Source: Bugula neritina (lineage: Eukaryota; Animalia; Bryozoa). From it: a stretch of 64,000 bases of DNA. How positions within the stretch are numbered: the first letter of the stretch is position 1; the number at the start of each line of letters is the position of its first letter. The stretch lies in NCBI GenBank assembly GCA_964035545.1, contig OZ037765.1, positions 17,484,995-17,548,994 of the forward strand, read 5' to 3'. The notes under the pieces were generated by a model, which saw only the letters and a program-made list of their open reading frames with translations, was not told the origin of the DNA and searched no databases. Below are positions 15,001-29,700 of this stretch, piece by piece. Position numbers and translations under genes: made by a program.

Positions 15001-18000
15001 CAATTCAGATTTTTTGTTTTTAAAATAATGAAATATTTTACTGCATACTCATATATTGGTAAAAATAAAACAATTTTTAAATCAATATAAAGCTCCATTC
15101 TGGTGGAAACATAATCAAAATATAAACATCAACCAACAGTAGCATATTATTCAAAGTAAGGAGAACCAACTTATGTTTGTTTTTCCAAGCCGAGTCAACA
15201 TTGTGTCACAAGCAGGAGACCGAGACCAGGCAGTGCCGGGCACCTCATCTCCTCCCAGGTGTATGATAGTCAATGGCTGACCAGCTTCCTCGTGGTAGGA
15301 CTGAACTGCCTGTACAACTGTCTTAGTGAAAGCATACGTTGACTCTACACAGGGATTCACTACCCCATTGGAGAAGGACTGGGTGCTTATAAACTGTGAC
15401 TTATCGAGAGGGTCATGGAGCCTGTAGTCAGCTAAAGTAAGCAGACACAATGTATGAGATACAGGAGTTGGGTGGAGGTTACAGTAAAAAAAGCTTAATT
15501 ATTTCAACTTGTGCAGTGCTGAGGGAGGCAGACGAACTACTTAATCGCAAGCCTACATATGTTGATGAGTTGCTACTGACTGCCAACCATGCTCGTACCT
15601 TAACTAGCCGAAGTACTTTGTAAAAAATCTTTCTTTTGCAATTAAAATATTGTTTCCACCATTTAAGAGTTTAGACTAAATATAACAAAAATAAGCATAT
15701 TGCCTTGTGCTCTAACTAAAATATGATCAAGAGTATTAGGCAGGTAATCCTTATTACATACTGAAAGTAGGAGAGTGTACATATCTCATCTTCATTGCAT
15801 TCAAAGCAGCGGTTGAGTGACCCGGCAAATCTATTTCTGGAATTACCTACGTAGATAAACACCACACAAATTCTAAATTAGAATGTAATAAAAATTACAA
15901 AAAGGGTAAACATATTTTTCCTCAAAGACTTAAACACAAGAATAATCAGAAAGTGTACCATAACTCCCTTGGATTCTGCAAAACGCACGATTTCAATATA
16001 TTCAGACTTTGTGAGGAATTGTTTTCCCATATCAAGTTTCTTGCCAAGTTGAGGATAGGTACCACACTGAGATAAGTCAAAGCATTGTCTTGAACCAATC
16101 TGCATACACAAATTAGAATACCATTGCAGTGCTGCACAAGATAGTATACTTTTACACTTCAACGAGTAAAATATGTTGCGCAATCTACTTAATATAACAT
16201 TCATTTCTGTGGCTATAGATGTTTATTGAACTTCTAAACTAAAGTGTTCAGTTATGCATTGGACTGAATTTTTAACGACCATCATTTTAGTATTCCAATT
16301 TTACTGTCACTATCTCAGAATAGATGATGTCAAATGGGTCATTTTACTTAATTTAGTACACACTCGAAATCTCCAGCTTTTAGCTGTTTTTCACAATTTA
16401 GCTGCTAATGTATATGGGCTTTTGCTCAAAACTAATAAAATATCAATAAATACAGCTAAATAATCAAGGTTCTCTTTGATCTTGGTTCTCTCCTAATTAT
16501 TTAGCTAATTTGGATTTGTGGACGATCACTAAGATACTAAGATTCCGAAGAACCATGACTCACCTCGGTCAGCTCAGGAATGCCGTCAATTTCTAAAGAC
16601 CATGACTCATCATCAGTTAAATGAAGATGTAATCTGTTGAGGTTATAATAAGATAGCAACTCTATCTGTCTTTTTATAACCTCCTTATCAAAGAAATGTC
16701 TTGCTATATCCAGCATAAACCCTCGGTAGTCAAACCTAAGGAGCACAATGTACATAACATTTGAATTCTCAACAATACATATAGGTAGGGAGTGTGAAAA
16801 TATACAGTGAAAATATAGTAACACAATATAATATAGCTTAGAACCTTTTAGCGGGAAACATAGTTTGATTCAGCCTTGAAAATAGAATGTTACAACAGGT
16901 ACAGCTCATGCTGCACATGCCAACAATTGGTTTATTATATTTTTAAAAGCTTTCTTAGACAATCACACAGGAGGGGGGAGAGGGGTGTCGGTGTAGTTTA
17001 CACTTGATCGGCAACCAGTTACACTTATCAGTTTCTGTACTGACTGAGCAGTATAAAATTATTAAACTTACGGCATCATTTGATTTAAATTTTGATGCGC
17101 AAAATTAACCAACTAGCCTAAAAGGTAGGTCCCTACTTTGCATCTAAAATTTCCCCAACTACCTTGTTTTATTAAACAATCTATTTTTGAGTCAATCATG
17201 GGGGGGGGGGCATCATTTAAATTTGAAGCTAAACTTGGTGCAATCTATTGAAATGCACAAACCTAAATCTAAAGTTGAGACTATCAGCTTAACACCTCAA
17301 AAACTTTGGGAAATCAACTGGTAATAGAATGACCAAGACTTACTGCTAATGCTATACATTGTCACTTGAATAGGGAAAAAGTAAATTTAATAAACTCACC
17401 AACAGTGTTTTCTTTTTAAAAGACTACAAATCATTTTCCTTAAATTCATATAAACAATTCATTCAACATTTGAAACTTACATGAACAATTTTGTAATTAT
17501 TTACATACAACAACAATGCTGCTGGTGATGACACTTTGAAAAGTTTGTTTTTCAAATTCAAAAGACATTAACATTCTGTATGCATCATACAAGATGCTAC
17601 TATGCTTAACTTTAGAGATGCCTTAATTTGTATATTGTGTTTATGTATCTCAGTTGGGAAGTCACAACAATGTCCAGGGTGCCATGTGGGGGTTAGAGTA
17701 TAGAACTCTCCGAATTTGTTAAAGTTGCATATGAGTCACCTTATCCATTTCAACATTTGCTGCTAGTCACAAATGCTCAACAGCAGGTGAATATACTGTG
17801 CAGATGGCTAAACATTACTAATAAAAGTTGTGCCAACAACCAAAGTACATCCCTATTCTATTTACAAACCACCACAGCATGGCAAAACTATTAAACAATC
17901 TTAACTTTTAAATCTATAGCTTAGATAAAATATCTTGAAGAAGTGAAGGTGAGTGATATGACAAACCTAGGAGGTCTGGATAGGAATGTGCCAACAGGTA

Positions 18001-21000
18001 ACTTGTAATCAAACCTGTGCAACAGGTGAGTGATGGTGTTAGTCACCAGCAGCTCTGTGTGCTGGGATTGAGACTCAACGCCTGCTTTTACTCGGCCATC
18101 TTTATTCACCTGTCACAAGTATTATGATATAGACTATAGAGTACAGAGTATAGACTATAGAGTACAGAATATAGACTATAGAGTACAGACTAATGTATGA
18201 TGCATTGCTTCAGAAAATCTAATAATATATTAAATCACATCTAAAACTTCTAGAAACAGTCTGAATCAAAACCACTAAACACTTGGTTTTTATATACAAA
18301 CCCATATGCGGGCACATTTCTTCTAATTAATGGCAACAAACAACTTTTATACATATTATTTGAAATAAGCAGCTAGTGAAAAGAGCAATGATACCATTCT
18401 ATAGATACTGCATAGCGCTATACTCACGGTTTTGCATATCATATACTAATTCCTAGTGTTTGATAGTAAAACTTTGATTGAAGTCAATGAAACGAAATAA
18501 ATGACTGCCTATGATTTAGCAAGAAATAAGTGCAACTGAAAACTGAGTGAATGAGATTTAGTTGCCAGAGAGACAGGACAGCAATGCTCACAGCTGAGTG
18601 AAGCAGCACACAAGATGATGCACGCATTATGTCACAGAAAACCACTGCATCTCAGAGAAGATCTGGGTGAAAGCAAATCATAGAAACACACTAGCAGAGC
18701 AGCTGCAACTTACTGTCAGTTTAAATTGATTTTTCAACAGAGATGGATCATGATTATATGTCACTGCAATATACATTTCACTCAGTAGAAGAAAACCGTT
18801 TGCTAAGTCAGATACAACACTGACATGCCATCTCGAAAGCACAAGTTTCTATAATTATAATATCTACACTTTATTTACTATTTCAGTGTAGCTTCTGTGG
18901 CTTTACTTACACTGTCTCTCTAAAAGAGGGAGCAGATCCTAAATTAATAACTAATCCATCAGATATCAGTAGACGAATTAGACAGTAAATTACAGATGAA
19001 AATAATTCACTTTCAATTGTAAAGAGTAAAGAGCAAATTTAAGCAGCTGTAGATGTCAAAGGAGAGAAATCAAGTAAACCGATTTTCTATATTACCAGAA
19101 GGTGGAGCAGAGTTGAGCAGATTTCCGTATTGTGGTGTGTATTCAGTATGTCTGTTGAGAGAGAACAACTCCAGCACATCGGGAACAAGCTTTGCCCGAA
19201 CTTCCAACTCTGAGAACTGGTTCAGTTTAGTCTGGTAGATATATCTCTCGGACAGTGACAATGGGAGGATGAGGTCGTCTGATGCTCTCTGAAAGTAGTA
19301 TACAGTACACCCCTAGCTAGATTACACCCCTAGCTGTAGTATACAGTACACCCCTAGCTGTAGTATACAGTACACCCTTAGCTGTAGTATACAGTACACC
19401 CCTAGCTGTAGTATACAGTACACCCTTAGCTGCAAATAATGCAGATAATGCATGTATTCATATTGAATAGCAAACAGCAATATCAAATTTTGTTAGAGAA
19501 GGGCACTCATAGTGACCTTGACATCAAAATGTCACGTGATGGTGAGTTGGAGCTGAAAAAGGCTTTGAATGAGTCACTTTTAAAAATTTCCAATATACAC
19601 ATCAGTTTTTATTGTTTACTGTTTTTATTGTAGGCGCAAAAGGGCTGACATTGTGTCAACTCCAACTTAATTCAATAAATTGAAAGATTAAACTAGGTTT
19701 TTATAACCCCTAATAATCAGCTAGAAATACATCTCACCCATAAAGCATCTAACTTGAAGGGAATTTCAATTGCAGTTTGATACTGCATCAATGAGTCAAT
19801 GAGCTTTAATGAATAATTTTTCAACTCATGATGAATTTGAATAAAAATTTGATGAAATTATAAACAAATATTATCACAAAACAGAAACATCCCCATACTA
19901 ACTTGCAACTTATTTTTAGCATCAAATGGCAGCACAAAATGAGTGGGATCTTGATCTGTGTTAGCGACTAGCCATTTGGGTCCATCTCCCAGCTGTATAT
20001 ACCTGAGCAGAGTTAGAATAAACACTACTTGAGAGACCGGGCTGAATATTTTTAACTAGTAATTTGTAATTTTTAGTTATTCACTTGTAGCTTCTGTCAC
20101 AGGAGCTACAAGAGCTTTCCAACTGGCAGAATGTACAGGTTGCTATCAACACATGATAGTTTGCTACATCAAAGCATAACAAATTGCATAACCTTGACAT
20201 TTAAAACATCTTCATGCAGTTGATAGCAGAACTTTTATAATACGAGGTTTTTCAGGCACTTACCATAATCCTAACACATAATATAGTATTTGATTAATAT
20301 TCAATTATTGCAAAATTGAAAATTGAAACATATCAAAGTAATACTTAGTGAAACATTTGGTCAATCTCGAGACATTATGAAATAAAAACAGCAATAAAAC
20401 TAATTTTTTCAACTTTAAAGTAATGTGTTACAAACTAGAAGACACAGAATAAGTAATAGGATTGAACTTACAGGTTGGGCATGTAGTCTGTGTAAGAGAT
20501 AAATTTATTATTGAATGGTAAACTGACTGTAATATTTTCCCCAACAGCCAGCATAAATGGAGGCGCAAACACAACTTTATGTGCACAGCCATCAAGATGG
20601 TGGACTTCAGCGTTGATTGGAAAGCCATTAAAACTTTTTCCTCTAGTGCTTTCGGACTTGATGACTCGGCTAAAAGAAACATTCTACAGTAGCATATACA
20701 TTGTAAGGGCCTTTCATTTCTACTAGTTGATAGAACAGCATGGTGCAACTGCTTCCTCCAAGATTTCACCAAACTTCATCACCATTTCGTTTATTATATA
20801 AATACATCAACTAATAACAAATGCATTAATAGGCATAGCAAAAAGTTATTGTTTAATGTTGTTAAAAGTATTTCATCTAAATATTATATTGATACTTTTA
20901 GTAACTGTACAAAGTAACTTTGAAACTCACATTTATTATACATAGAACTAACTAGCTAAAGACTGTAATTTAAAAAGTTGGAGAAATAAGCCACGGAATG

Positions 21001-21256
21001 CTATTAGAGATTGCCTCCCTTACCCAAGAAAGCAGGTATAGACGGTTACTGAGTGGGGCCCACAGTCAATTGGAAACCATCCAGTGTTTAGTAATGTTAA
21101 ATTGCTGATGAATATCTTATGTCCGCCAGCAGTTGTAGCAAAATGAATGTGAATATTTTTTAAGTCATCTGTAGTGTAGCGACTCAACTCAAAACTCAGG
21201 TATGCCAGAAGAATTAAAAGGATGATCACTGTAAAAAGCAAAAAGGCAAATAGCAT
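12053..21256 (-). CDS. Beta-N-acetylhexosaminidase, GH20, chitobiase-type architecture (N-terminal hydrophobic segment, CHB_HEX-like, GH20b and GH20 catalytic domains), spliced
   Basis: Exons encode RFDYRGFMLDIARHFF, NRLHLHLTDDESW, VIPEIDLPGH, the catalytic IHLGGDEVP, YYFDHAQEPHPKDSGFYWA and FPRILAVAERAW. N-terminal exons carry VHHLDG...ISYTDYMPN and ANTDQDPTHFV, resembling the chitobiase N-terminal domain. ATG at 21256 has an in-frame stop upstream; TGA at 12053. Confidence 0.9.
18131..18193. repeat. 21-bp tandem repeat x3 (gactatagagtacagagtata)
   Basis: Seen directly. Confidence 0.8.
19293..19432. repeat. About 24-bp minisatellite (ctgtagtatacagtacacccctag) x5-6
   Basis: Seen directly; abuts a minus-strand splice acceptor of the GH20 gene. 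Confidence 0.85.
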
Positions 21257-22599
21257 AAATGTAATGATTCATGACCGTTGTGAAACACATAGCTATATTA
21301 CAGAATGGGTTACAAGCTTTCCAAGATCTAAATGTAAACTGAACTATTTTATGTTTGCAAAAAATTGAGTTGAAGCCTACATGTGCAAGTTACAAGTGTT
21401 CGATTGAGCTAAGTTTTTAATGGGAAAAAATTACACGAACCATATCTATAAAAACAAACACTTGTTTTTCTACTAAAATCTTGGAGTTTATCTCCAGAGT
21501 GTAGAATGTAGTTAAAATTTAAACGTCAATGTTATTCAAAATAAAGTTTGAATGCTTAAATGTAATATAAAGAGGTTTACAAAATTCTGTTAAATAACAT
21601 GCTATGAAATACTTCACATGACACAAATTGGAAGATAATTAAGCTCATTCATAAAATTTATGTCATTGTGGATGTGAAGACAACTTACATATCTTTTGCT
21701 TTAATTTCATAGTTTTGACTGTGAAGATGCGCATCAGTTATGTTTTACCTCTAATCCATAAAACTATCACCGTGCTGGTAAGCATTAAAGGCATAAGGAA
21801 TTTGCAAAAAAGGTCCTGCAACAAAGTAAAGCTATTACTAAAATAATACCGAGGGTATTTCTACAAGTTCTGAAAAAAAGTAATTCTAAACTTTATTACA
21901 AATTGTGTAGAATAAAATATTAGTAGCAAAGCTGCAAAATATAAAGAATGAAACCTGCTTCATAAAAAAAATCCTAACATTGCTTGATCAATCAAAAAAT
22001 AAAATTAAATGTTATTGAAAAATATCATAATCACATATATCACACATTTCAGTTTTATTATAAATACATACGTAAATTTACTGGATTGTGTAAATTTGTT
22101 GTCAACTTGGTAAAATTATATTTCCCTAAAAATAGTCACTACAAAAGCAACCATAGTAACCAGCAATTCCTATAACTTAGTTCATTGTTCTGAAATTATG
22201 CAATCAAATTAGAAATTAAAATAGCTAGTTTTATTAAAGTTCTTGAGGTGATCACGAGGAACATAAAAATAAAGAAATTAATGTAATGAAAAGCACAAGA
22301 TTTGTGTCCTAAGAGCAGCCCTTACCAAAAAGCTTAAAATGACAGGTAGTAATTGCATACTGTGGTTGTTAAACTGCTACTACATGAAACTTAGCTAGTT
22401 TGCGCATTTATCTAGTGCATTAAAATAATTATTGTTTATTTTTTGTGAGCACAATGTCACTATACTCTAGTATCGGTTGACACAGGCTAGTGTATCATAA
22501 CAATTTACCTTTGGTAGGTGCAGAGCGTTTATTAGCCACTAGAATTTTGGCTGTTTTACTGGGTTTTTGGGCGATGTGCTGGTAAAACTTCAGATCTAG

Positions 22600-23285
22600 T
22601 TGAAGTGTGATACCAAGATAGAGAGCCTTGCCTCTTCATGGGATGGCATTTATTACCCAGTTTATAAGCAGGTGTGTTGTCTGGTTTTTCGAAAGCTAAT
22701 GCATGGCATTTGGATGTATTAGACAAAATTTCCATTTCTGTGACCAGGATTGTACAGCATCAATATTTTTTTAATTTCTCTTGGCAGCTAACTCTTTTGT
22801 AGAAGAGGGTATCATCCACGTAAAGTCGAACATTGAAGTTACCATATCTGGTAGATAATTGATATATACATAAAGGGTAGGCCCTAAAACGGAGCTTCGA
22901 GGCATTCCAAATATCACATCACACATTTGCCCGACCCTTAATTTTTCAAGGGTTGGCAATTACTCTCTGTTTTTGCCTATTGAAAAAATCTTGGATGCAG
23001 TTTAGAAGGGAGGAGTCGAAATCAGGAATACTTCCCAGTTTCTGTAGGAGCAGGCTATGCGATACTTTATCAAAGGCCTTTTTAAAGTCCAAGACAAGGG
23101 CATGTGTAATTCTTTGTTCTTTTTGATTGGTTTCACTATATCATGGGTTTCACAGGACATTCTTCTGTAAAACTCATGTTGTCTGTGGTGAAGATTGGTA
23201 TCTAGTTGTTTATTAATGTGATGAAGGACAATATGTTCAAGAATCTTACACGGTATTGATGTGAGAGAAATAGGCTTTTAATTAG
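22600..23285 (-). mobile_element. Decayed non-LTR retrotransposon (CR1/L2-group) reverse transcriptase fragment
   Basis: Minus-strand translation gives PISLTSIPCKILEHI, LDFKKAFDKV and SVLGPTLYVYINYLP, with frameshifts and stops. Confidence 0.85.
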
Positions 23286-23699
23286 GCACTTAATATTATT
23301 AATAATATTACCCACATGGCATATACCATAGTCATACTGATATTAATACTAATAATTACAGTAATAGTAATACTGAGTAATAGGAATTAGTAATACTAGT
23401 AGTTAATTAACTTTGGACTTGGTTCAGGTTATACCATAACTAAGCCTAAGACTTATAGACATAATAGACTAATACTAATAGTTTGAGCTTGACTTTTTGT
23501 AACAAATTCAAATTGAATTAGCACCGAGTAAGTGTAACGAGTGTAACAGTGTTACACTTGAGAGTTATAAATTTAGATATTTACCTTTAGAAAAACTGTT
23601 TTAGTTTCACCAGTGGGCAGTGGCATTTAATTAAATTATCGTTGGAGTCGCAATCACAAAGTGACAACCACATTGACATTGGCAATCACATTTACTTTT

Positions 23700-24975
23700 A
23701 GTGTGCTTCACCATCGACAGCATGGTTTTAGGAAAGGACTGTCCTGCCAAACTCAACTGTGTGTTACCTACCATGACCTAGTAAAAGCAGCCAATGAAGG
23801 ACATACTACCCATGCAGTAGTTATGGATTTCAAAAAGGCTTTTGACAAGGTACCTCACCTTATGTTGCTCCAAAAATTACAAGAGATACCGGGTATAAAT
23901 GGATACCTCCTTAACTGGATACTCGATTTTCTTTCCGACCGACAGCAGTCTGTTGTACTTAGAGGGGCAAGCTCTCAAAAGTGCCGAGTAACCTCAAGAG
24001 TGTCGCAGGGATCTGTGCTAGGTCCAATCCTGTTTTTGTGCTATATAAATGATCTTCCGGATTTGTTGTCATGTAAAGTCAGCCTCTATGCTGATGACAC
24101 TCTACTTTACCAAACTGTGAACACCACTAAGGATGCAGAACTATTCCAAACTAATATTAACGCTGTATATGAGTGGTCTCTAAAATGGAAAATGCCCTTC
24201 AATGAACAGAAATGCCAAGCAATTAATTTTGGTAAGGTAACCCCTATATCACACTACAAACTCGGTACCACATGCCTTGCGTCGGTACAAAGCACTAAAT
24301 ACCTTGGGGTAACCATCCAGTCAAACCTAAAGTTTGATCAACACATAAATAACAAGTGTACCAAGTCCCGGAAAATTCTTGGCGGCATCAAGCATTTGAT
24401 GTATGATGCCCCAAAAGATGCTAAGCTATTGGCTTATACAAGTCTATGTAGGCCTATACTCGATTATGCGGATGTGGTTTGGGATCCTGCGGCTAGGAGT
24501 AAAGTGCATGATATAGAGCTGGTCCAGAACAGTGCCATACGATTTATAAGCAATATGAAGGGACGTGCTGACAGTGTTTCTGAGGCGAGGGATGAGTTAG
24601 GACTCCGGTCGCTGGAAGACAGACGAAAAAATCATCGACTGTGTTTGCTGACCCGAATTCTTCAAAATGAGGATCAACACCAGTCTCTATCCAGAGCCTA
24701 TGACGAAATAATTGAAGGCAGGGAACTTGTAACTGTAACCACTCGAGCGGCTGCCAGAGGAGAGCTTATCTCTATATCATCTAGGAAAAACTTATTCCAC
24801 ACTAGTTTTCTACCACGAACAATTCGTGAAATGCGCGGAGAATATAATAACTAATTACAAAACAGCAAATGCTGTAACTAGTGCTAACCCTGGTCCAATG
24901 TAAGTTTTCACTAGAGGCTTCCCTATAGACTTTCCAGTTGCTGCGGAAGTCCTACCTCAACTGAGGTAATAATCA
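23700..24975 (+). mobile_element. 5'-truncated non-LTR retrotransposon (CR1/L2-group): RT and C-terminal region plus 3' UTR
   Basis: Open frame to 24854 with QHGFRKGLSCQTQL, DFKKAFDKVPH, QGSVLGPILFLCYINDL, YADDT, KYLGV and RPILDYADVVWDP. The short 3' UTR has two small hairpins (gactttcc...ggaagtc and tacctca-ac-tgaggta). Confidence 0.92.
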
Positions 24976-25395
24976 CTATCAGTGTGAGTATGATAGTCAT
25001 AGTATCAGTATGACTATGAGTATGAGTAAAGCCTAAGGATACTCAGACTAAGAGTTTTACTTTAGTTTTAGAGTCAAGCAAAGCCTACATTAACAACTAT
25101 AATTATAATAATATGAATATGATCTGAATATCCATATTCATATTGAGTTTCATATTGTGAGACTCAGACTGGGAGCAAAATAAACTTAAAGAGCATCGAC
25201 TTAGACTCAGACTGTTACTGTGAGAGCTAGAAAAACAGTATGAGTATACAAAGCCACTGTAAAGGTTTTGCAAATTTTCCGAGTACACAAGTAGCTGCTG
25301 AAAATAAAACAGCTCATAGTGCAAGTCAATGAAAAGTGAAACAACCTATAAAATATAATTATTCCGTTACTATTGTGCAAGTTTCGCACAAAACT

Positions 25396-25560
25396 GAATG
25401 GTTTTCTAAGCAGCATCAAGTTGGGAGTGATTGGGTGCAGTAGTTTGCAGTTCTCAAGTTTGAAGTTGGGGTTGATAAATACCCCCAATCATACACTCAA
25501 GAACTTTAAACTGCCACACTCATTCACCCTCAACTTGGAGCTGTTTATAGAACTATTTCA
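25396..25560. mobile_element. Old MITE-like fold-back element
   Basis: Imperfect inverted arms of about 70 bp (cagcatcaagttgggagtgattgggtg... / ...cacactcattcaccctcaacttggagctg) around a short AT loop near 25472-25481. Confidence 0.55.
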
Positions 25561-26772
25561 AAAGGTAACTTGGCTTAGATTTCTTTTTTTTTCTATTTCG
25601 CATACGAATATTAGTTACATGAGAAGACAACTATGTTGTGTTAAGCCATAGAAATAAAATATCAGACCTGCACTATACTTTAGTTTAGGTAGAGTTAACG
25701 CTCGACTTTGCACACAGAATAAAGGATTTTTAGCAAGATGAAAAAACTTATCATTAATGGCTCATTCTAGTTGTATTAGTTTCCACCTTATAGTAGATTT
25801 TACTGAGAGCAATTTTTCAATACAAAATTACGATTATTATTATCACTATATTAATATTTAGTTGAATTATGATATTATGTTTATATACTGATTACAGAAA
25901 CAGACAAAAAATGAGAAATAATAAAATGGTTTCACATGCATATATGTATATAGTTTCTAAAGCTATTTTTGGTGTTTCCTTAGCTATTCATATTTTTAAA
26001 ATTTTATGGATGAATCTGAGTGCCCTAAATGTTTTATCTATTGCCAGGAAGCAAGAGAACTATTCTACAAGCAGGCTTACATTAAATGTTGTATGCATCC
26101 AGTTACCATTATATTATAATGCATTCCAATATAATATTAGCTCAGTTATATTCAAAACTGAGCATACAATCAAATAGTATATATATTGTACCACAATAGT
26201 TTGTTAAACATGTGCTACAAATTTTTTTGCTTTATTATTATGGCAAAACAAAATGTGTTATTTATGAATAAAAAACAACTTTTAACTTTTTAGTTAACCA
26301 GGTGATTTTTCGAAGATGACATCTTTTTAATACCATGCGCAGAAGCAACCTACAGACTATTATACAAAATTATTACTGCGGATGAACAGTAGTTTATTGT
26401 TGATGCATTGGCTAATCATTGTTCATGGAATAGCAGTCATCCGCATCAAAGTTTTTGAAAACAATTGGTAGTTTAGTAAGTTTGGCACATATACTAGAAT
26501 ATTCCCTGCATAAACAATGTAATTTTTCTATTACACAAATTATAAGTGTTACACTCCAGCTTCAGAGTATTCCTCAAATTTTTTACATACATGTATCAAC
26601 GTAATATGACACATTGGATCATGTCTCTAGAGCAAACAGCACAAGTTTATAAGCAAAGATAACCAAACCATGCATTGAGAAATTGCACTGTAATTGATTT
26701 TATTAATGTATATTATATAAAATTTCCCCAAAAAATCAAAACAAGAGAAGCAATTAGTATTCATTAAATTGG

Positions 26773-29700
26773 TTAAGCTAGTTTAATGAGCTCATCACTA
26801 ACTGCAGTTGGAGTCAATATTCCTATATCTGTAAAAAGCAGAGTCAAATACTCAGGTGGTGTGTAGTCTATCAGAGGGTGTTTTTTTCTGTCTATAATCT
26901 CTTCTGTAAGACTTTCATACTGCAAACAGAACACATGCATGAAATAGCTTACTTTCAGCTGCTCCATGCACCACTCTACGGTATAAAATATAAAATTAAA
27001 TAATGAATAAACTAACTACATTGGTAAAACAACTATTTTTTCAAATTTGAATCAAATTTTTTTTCACAGTACTCATAATCTGAAAGCTATTTCAACATAC
27101 AAACAATTAAGCTGTTAATATTTTCTACTTTGAACAAGTTACCGTGATTTATCACAAACTACTTCAATTCATTCGACAGTAAATGTAATACTAGACACCT
27201 ACCTTGTGTTTATTGGGTAAATCTTTTTGATTCAACGGGTAGAGATTTGAGAACTTGAAGCTTTCTGCTGCTACATAAACTGGTCTATTGAATGCTTTAG
27301 CAGCCATAGCTATGGAGAATGTTCCTATCTACACACAGATGTATAAAACATTGAAGAAATACTTACAACTAAAAATAGGTGTTAACAACAGATACAGCAT
27401 GTAGGTGTAGAGTTTATATAAATCTTTTATTATAACTGTTTTAGTGGTTGTTTATTAGGGGCCCTTTTTATCGGCATACGTCACTTAAACCATGCCAGTG
27501 TTAATCAATTTATTTCTAGAACTTTTCAAATGCATATATCACAATGCAATTTTTTATACCTAGAAATACTATACTGCAATAGGTAACAATGCCTAACTGC
27601 AGCTAAGCATCAATCAGTGCTCACCACAACTACATGAAAATTTCCAAAGATTGTAATAAAAACACAAGAGAAAATTAACTCTTACTTTGTTAACAATGCC
27701 TCCACTTGCCAACACTCCCTCAGCTCCTACTAAAACCACGTCTATAGTTTCCATAACATAGCCAATAGCTGCATCTAGAATACAGTCTACTTCTATTTTG
27801 TGCTTTTTTAACTCCTGTACCATGTCTCTGCTAAAATGAATAATATTGAAACCAATTATTTAGAAACTTGAAAAGATGTTTCAACTCAAAAGTAGAAAAA
27901 AAAGGCTTACAAACTAGCTATTTTATTTCAATGACTAAATTGCTAAGTGGAAAATGTGTTAAATTCAACAATTACTATTAAAAAACAAGAAGATCTGAAG
28001 CTAATTTACTTCACCCACCCAGATCCATCAGGTCTCGACTCCGTCACAAAAACTTTAAACTGTTTGTCTTTAGACGCTTCTTTAAGCAACTCCAAAACCA
28101 CCCTCGACCTTGAATGCACCAAGATTTTCTACACAAACAGCATTGTCTGAAGAATATTCAACAACAAAAATATCTTTAACGGTATTATTATGGAGTCTTA
28201 ACAAACGTAAACAAATGCATCATTTAAAATTGTTATAATAGTCAAAACTGATAACTGCATGTATAATACTAACCGAGTTTTCTTTAATATGCTGACTACC
28301 AAGCTTAGCTATTCTTAGACGTGATGAATCCACTTTTTTGACAAACTTATTTCCTCTCTCCAGCATCAAAGTTTTGCATTGCTCAAAACTCTGAAGAAAA
28401 AAGGTACCATGCGTCCTTAAACAAACCTAATGTTTAATAACTTATTTTGCCTATACTCTATAGCAGCATAAAGTGTTGCATCTAGTATAGATAAGTCAGA
28501 AATTATAGGCACTAGTTGTAACTAAACTGATAATATAGTAATGTGAAATTAAATATTATAAAAGTTAAAAACCAGTCAAAACTAACAACCCAATTCCAAA
28601 GCAGATACAAGTTAAGCTGGCATAAAAACTTGAAATTCTTTTAAATTGATTTCACCTGAAAATTTCAATTGATGTGTTGCAAATAATATTTGAAATGTTA
28701 TAGCTTTTATAACAAGTAACTTAATTGAATATTACTGATTTAATAACATTTTAATGAGAACAGCTTAAATCGTCGCAGCAATTGATTGAAAATTCAATTT
28801 GGAAATTCATAACGTCTAACAAATACCACGGTTTTTCTACTTTTTCTATTATATATTCATTAAATGTATTTAAAAAAATAAATAAAAAAACTATGTAGAC
28901 CTGAAGCTACAAATTAATTCTTCTCATTGTTGAATTTCATAATATTATATAATATAATGTAAATATCTAATAAATATGCTTACTCTATCAAATAGAATAC
29001 TTACAAAATGACTAGAGCTGACTTAAGTAATTAATTGACTTGGACGTGAAAATTTTGACTATATCGATATGATTAACCAGTGATTTGATATGATTCGACC
29101 AAACAATGTTACATTCTAAACTATCAAAATTTATATTCAAAATACAAAAATGAGAGTTGATAAGTAAAAGCCCTGCCACAAAATTTAAAAAATTTGTTTC
29201 TGAGGAAAAAACTGCAATTTTACATAGTAAAAGCTCTTAAATCTTAAACTTCGTATGTGGAAGAGAGCGGAATTTTCTCAAACACAATTTATTTAGTTTT
29301 CTCAAAACACTCGTATGATTCTGGCAGTCTTACATCAATTTAGCTTTTAGCATTTCTTAGTACCAATTCTTGTTTTTCTCCACCATTCAGAATATTGGCA
29401 CATATACTATTCAATATCATGAAAACAATTGTAAAATAGTTAGGCACAGTATTTAAAAATCATAATTAGCAAAAAACAAGTCGTATTTTCTACCCAAATA
29501 ACTTTTTTTTAAATATATTACCCATCGTGCTATGAATGCAGTACCAGAGAGTTTTAAAATCCCAAACCTTTCCCAACGGGAAGCTATAATTTTTGAATTT
29601 AGAGGGTTATTTGACAGAATATATTATAGGTTTATGGTTTTGATGAGAAAAACTGTTGCCCAGTGGCTAGCATGACATGCTGTATTAATTTAATAATCAA

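Noticed and set aside
19293-19432. CRISPR-like array
   Set aside because: Head-to-tail repeats without unique spacers, in a eukaryotic intron with no cas genes.
23661-24854. 397-aa ORF as a domesticated host RT gene
   Set aside because: It starts mid-RT with a fortuitous GTG from flanking DNA and has a LINE-type 3' end; a truncated insertion is sufficient.
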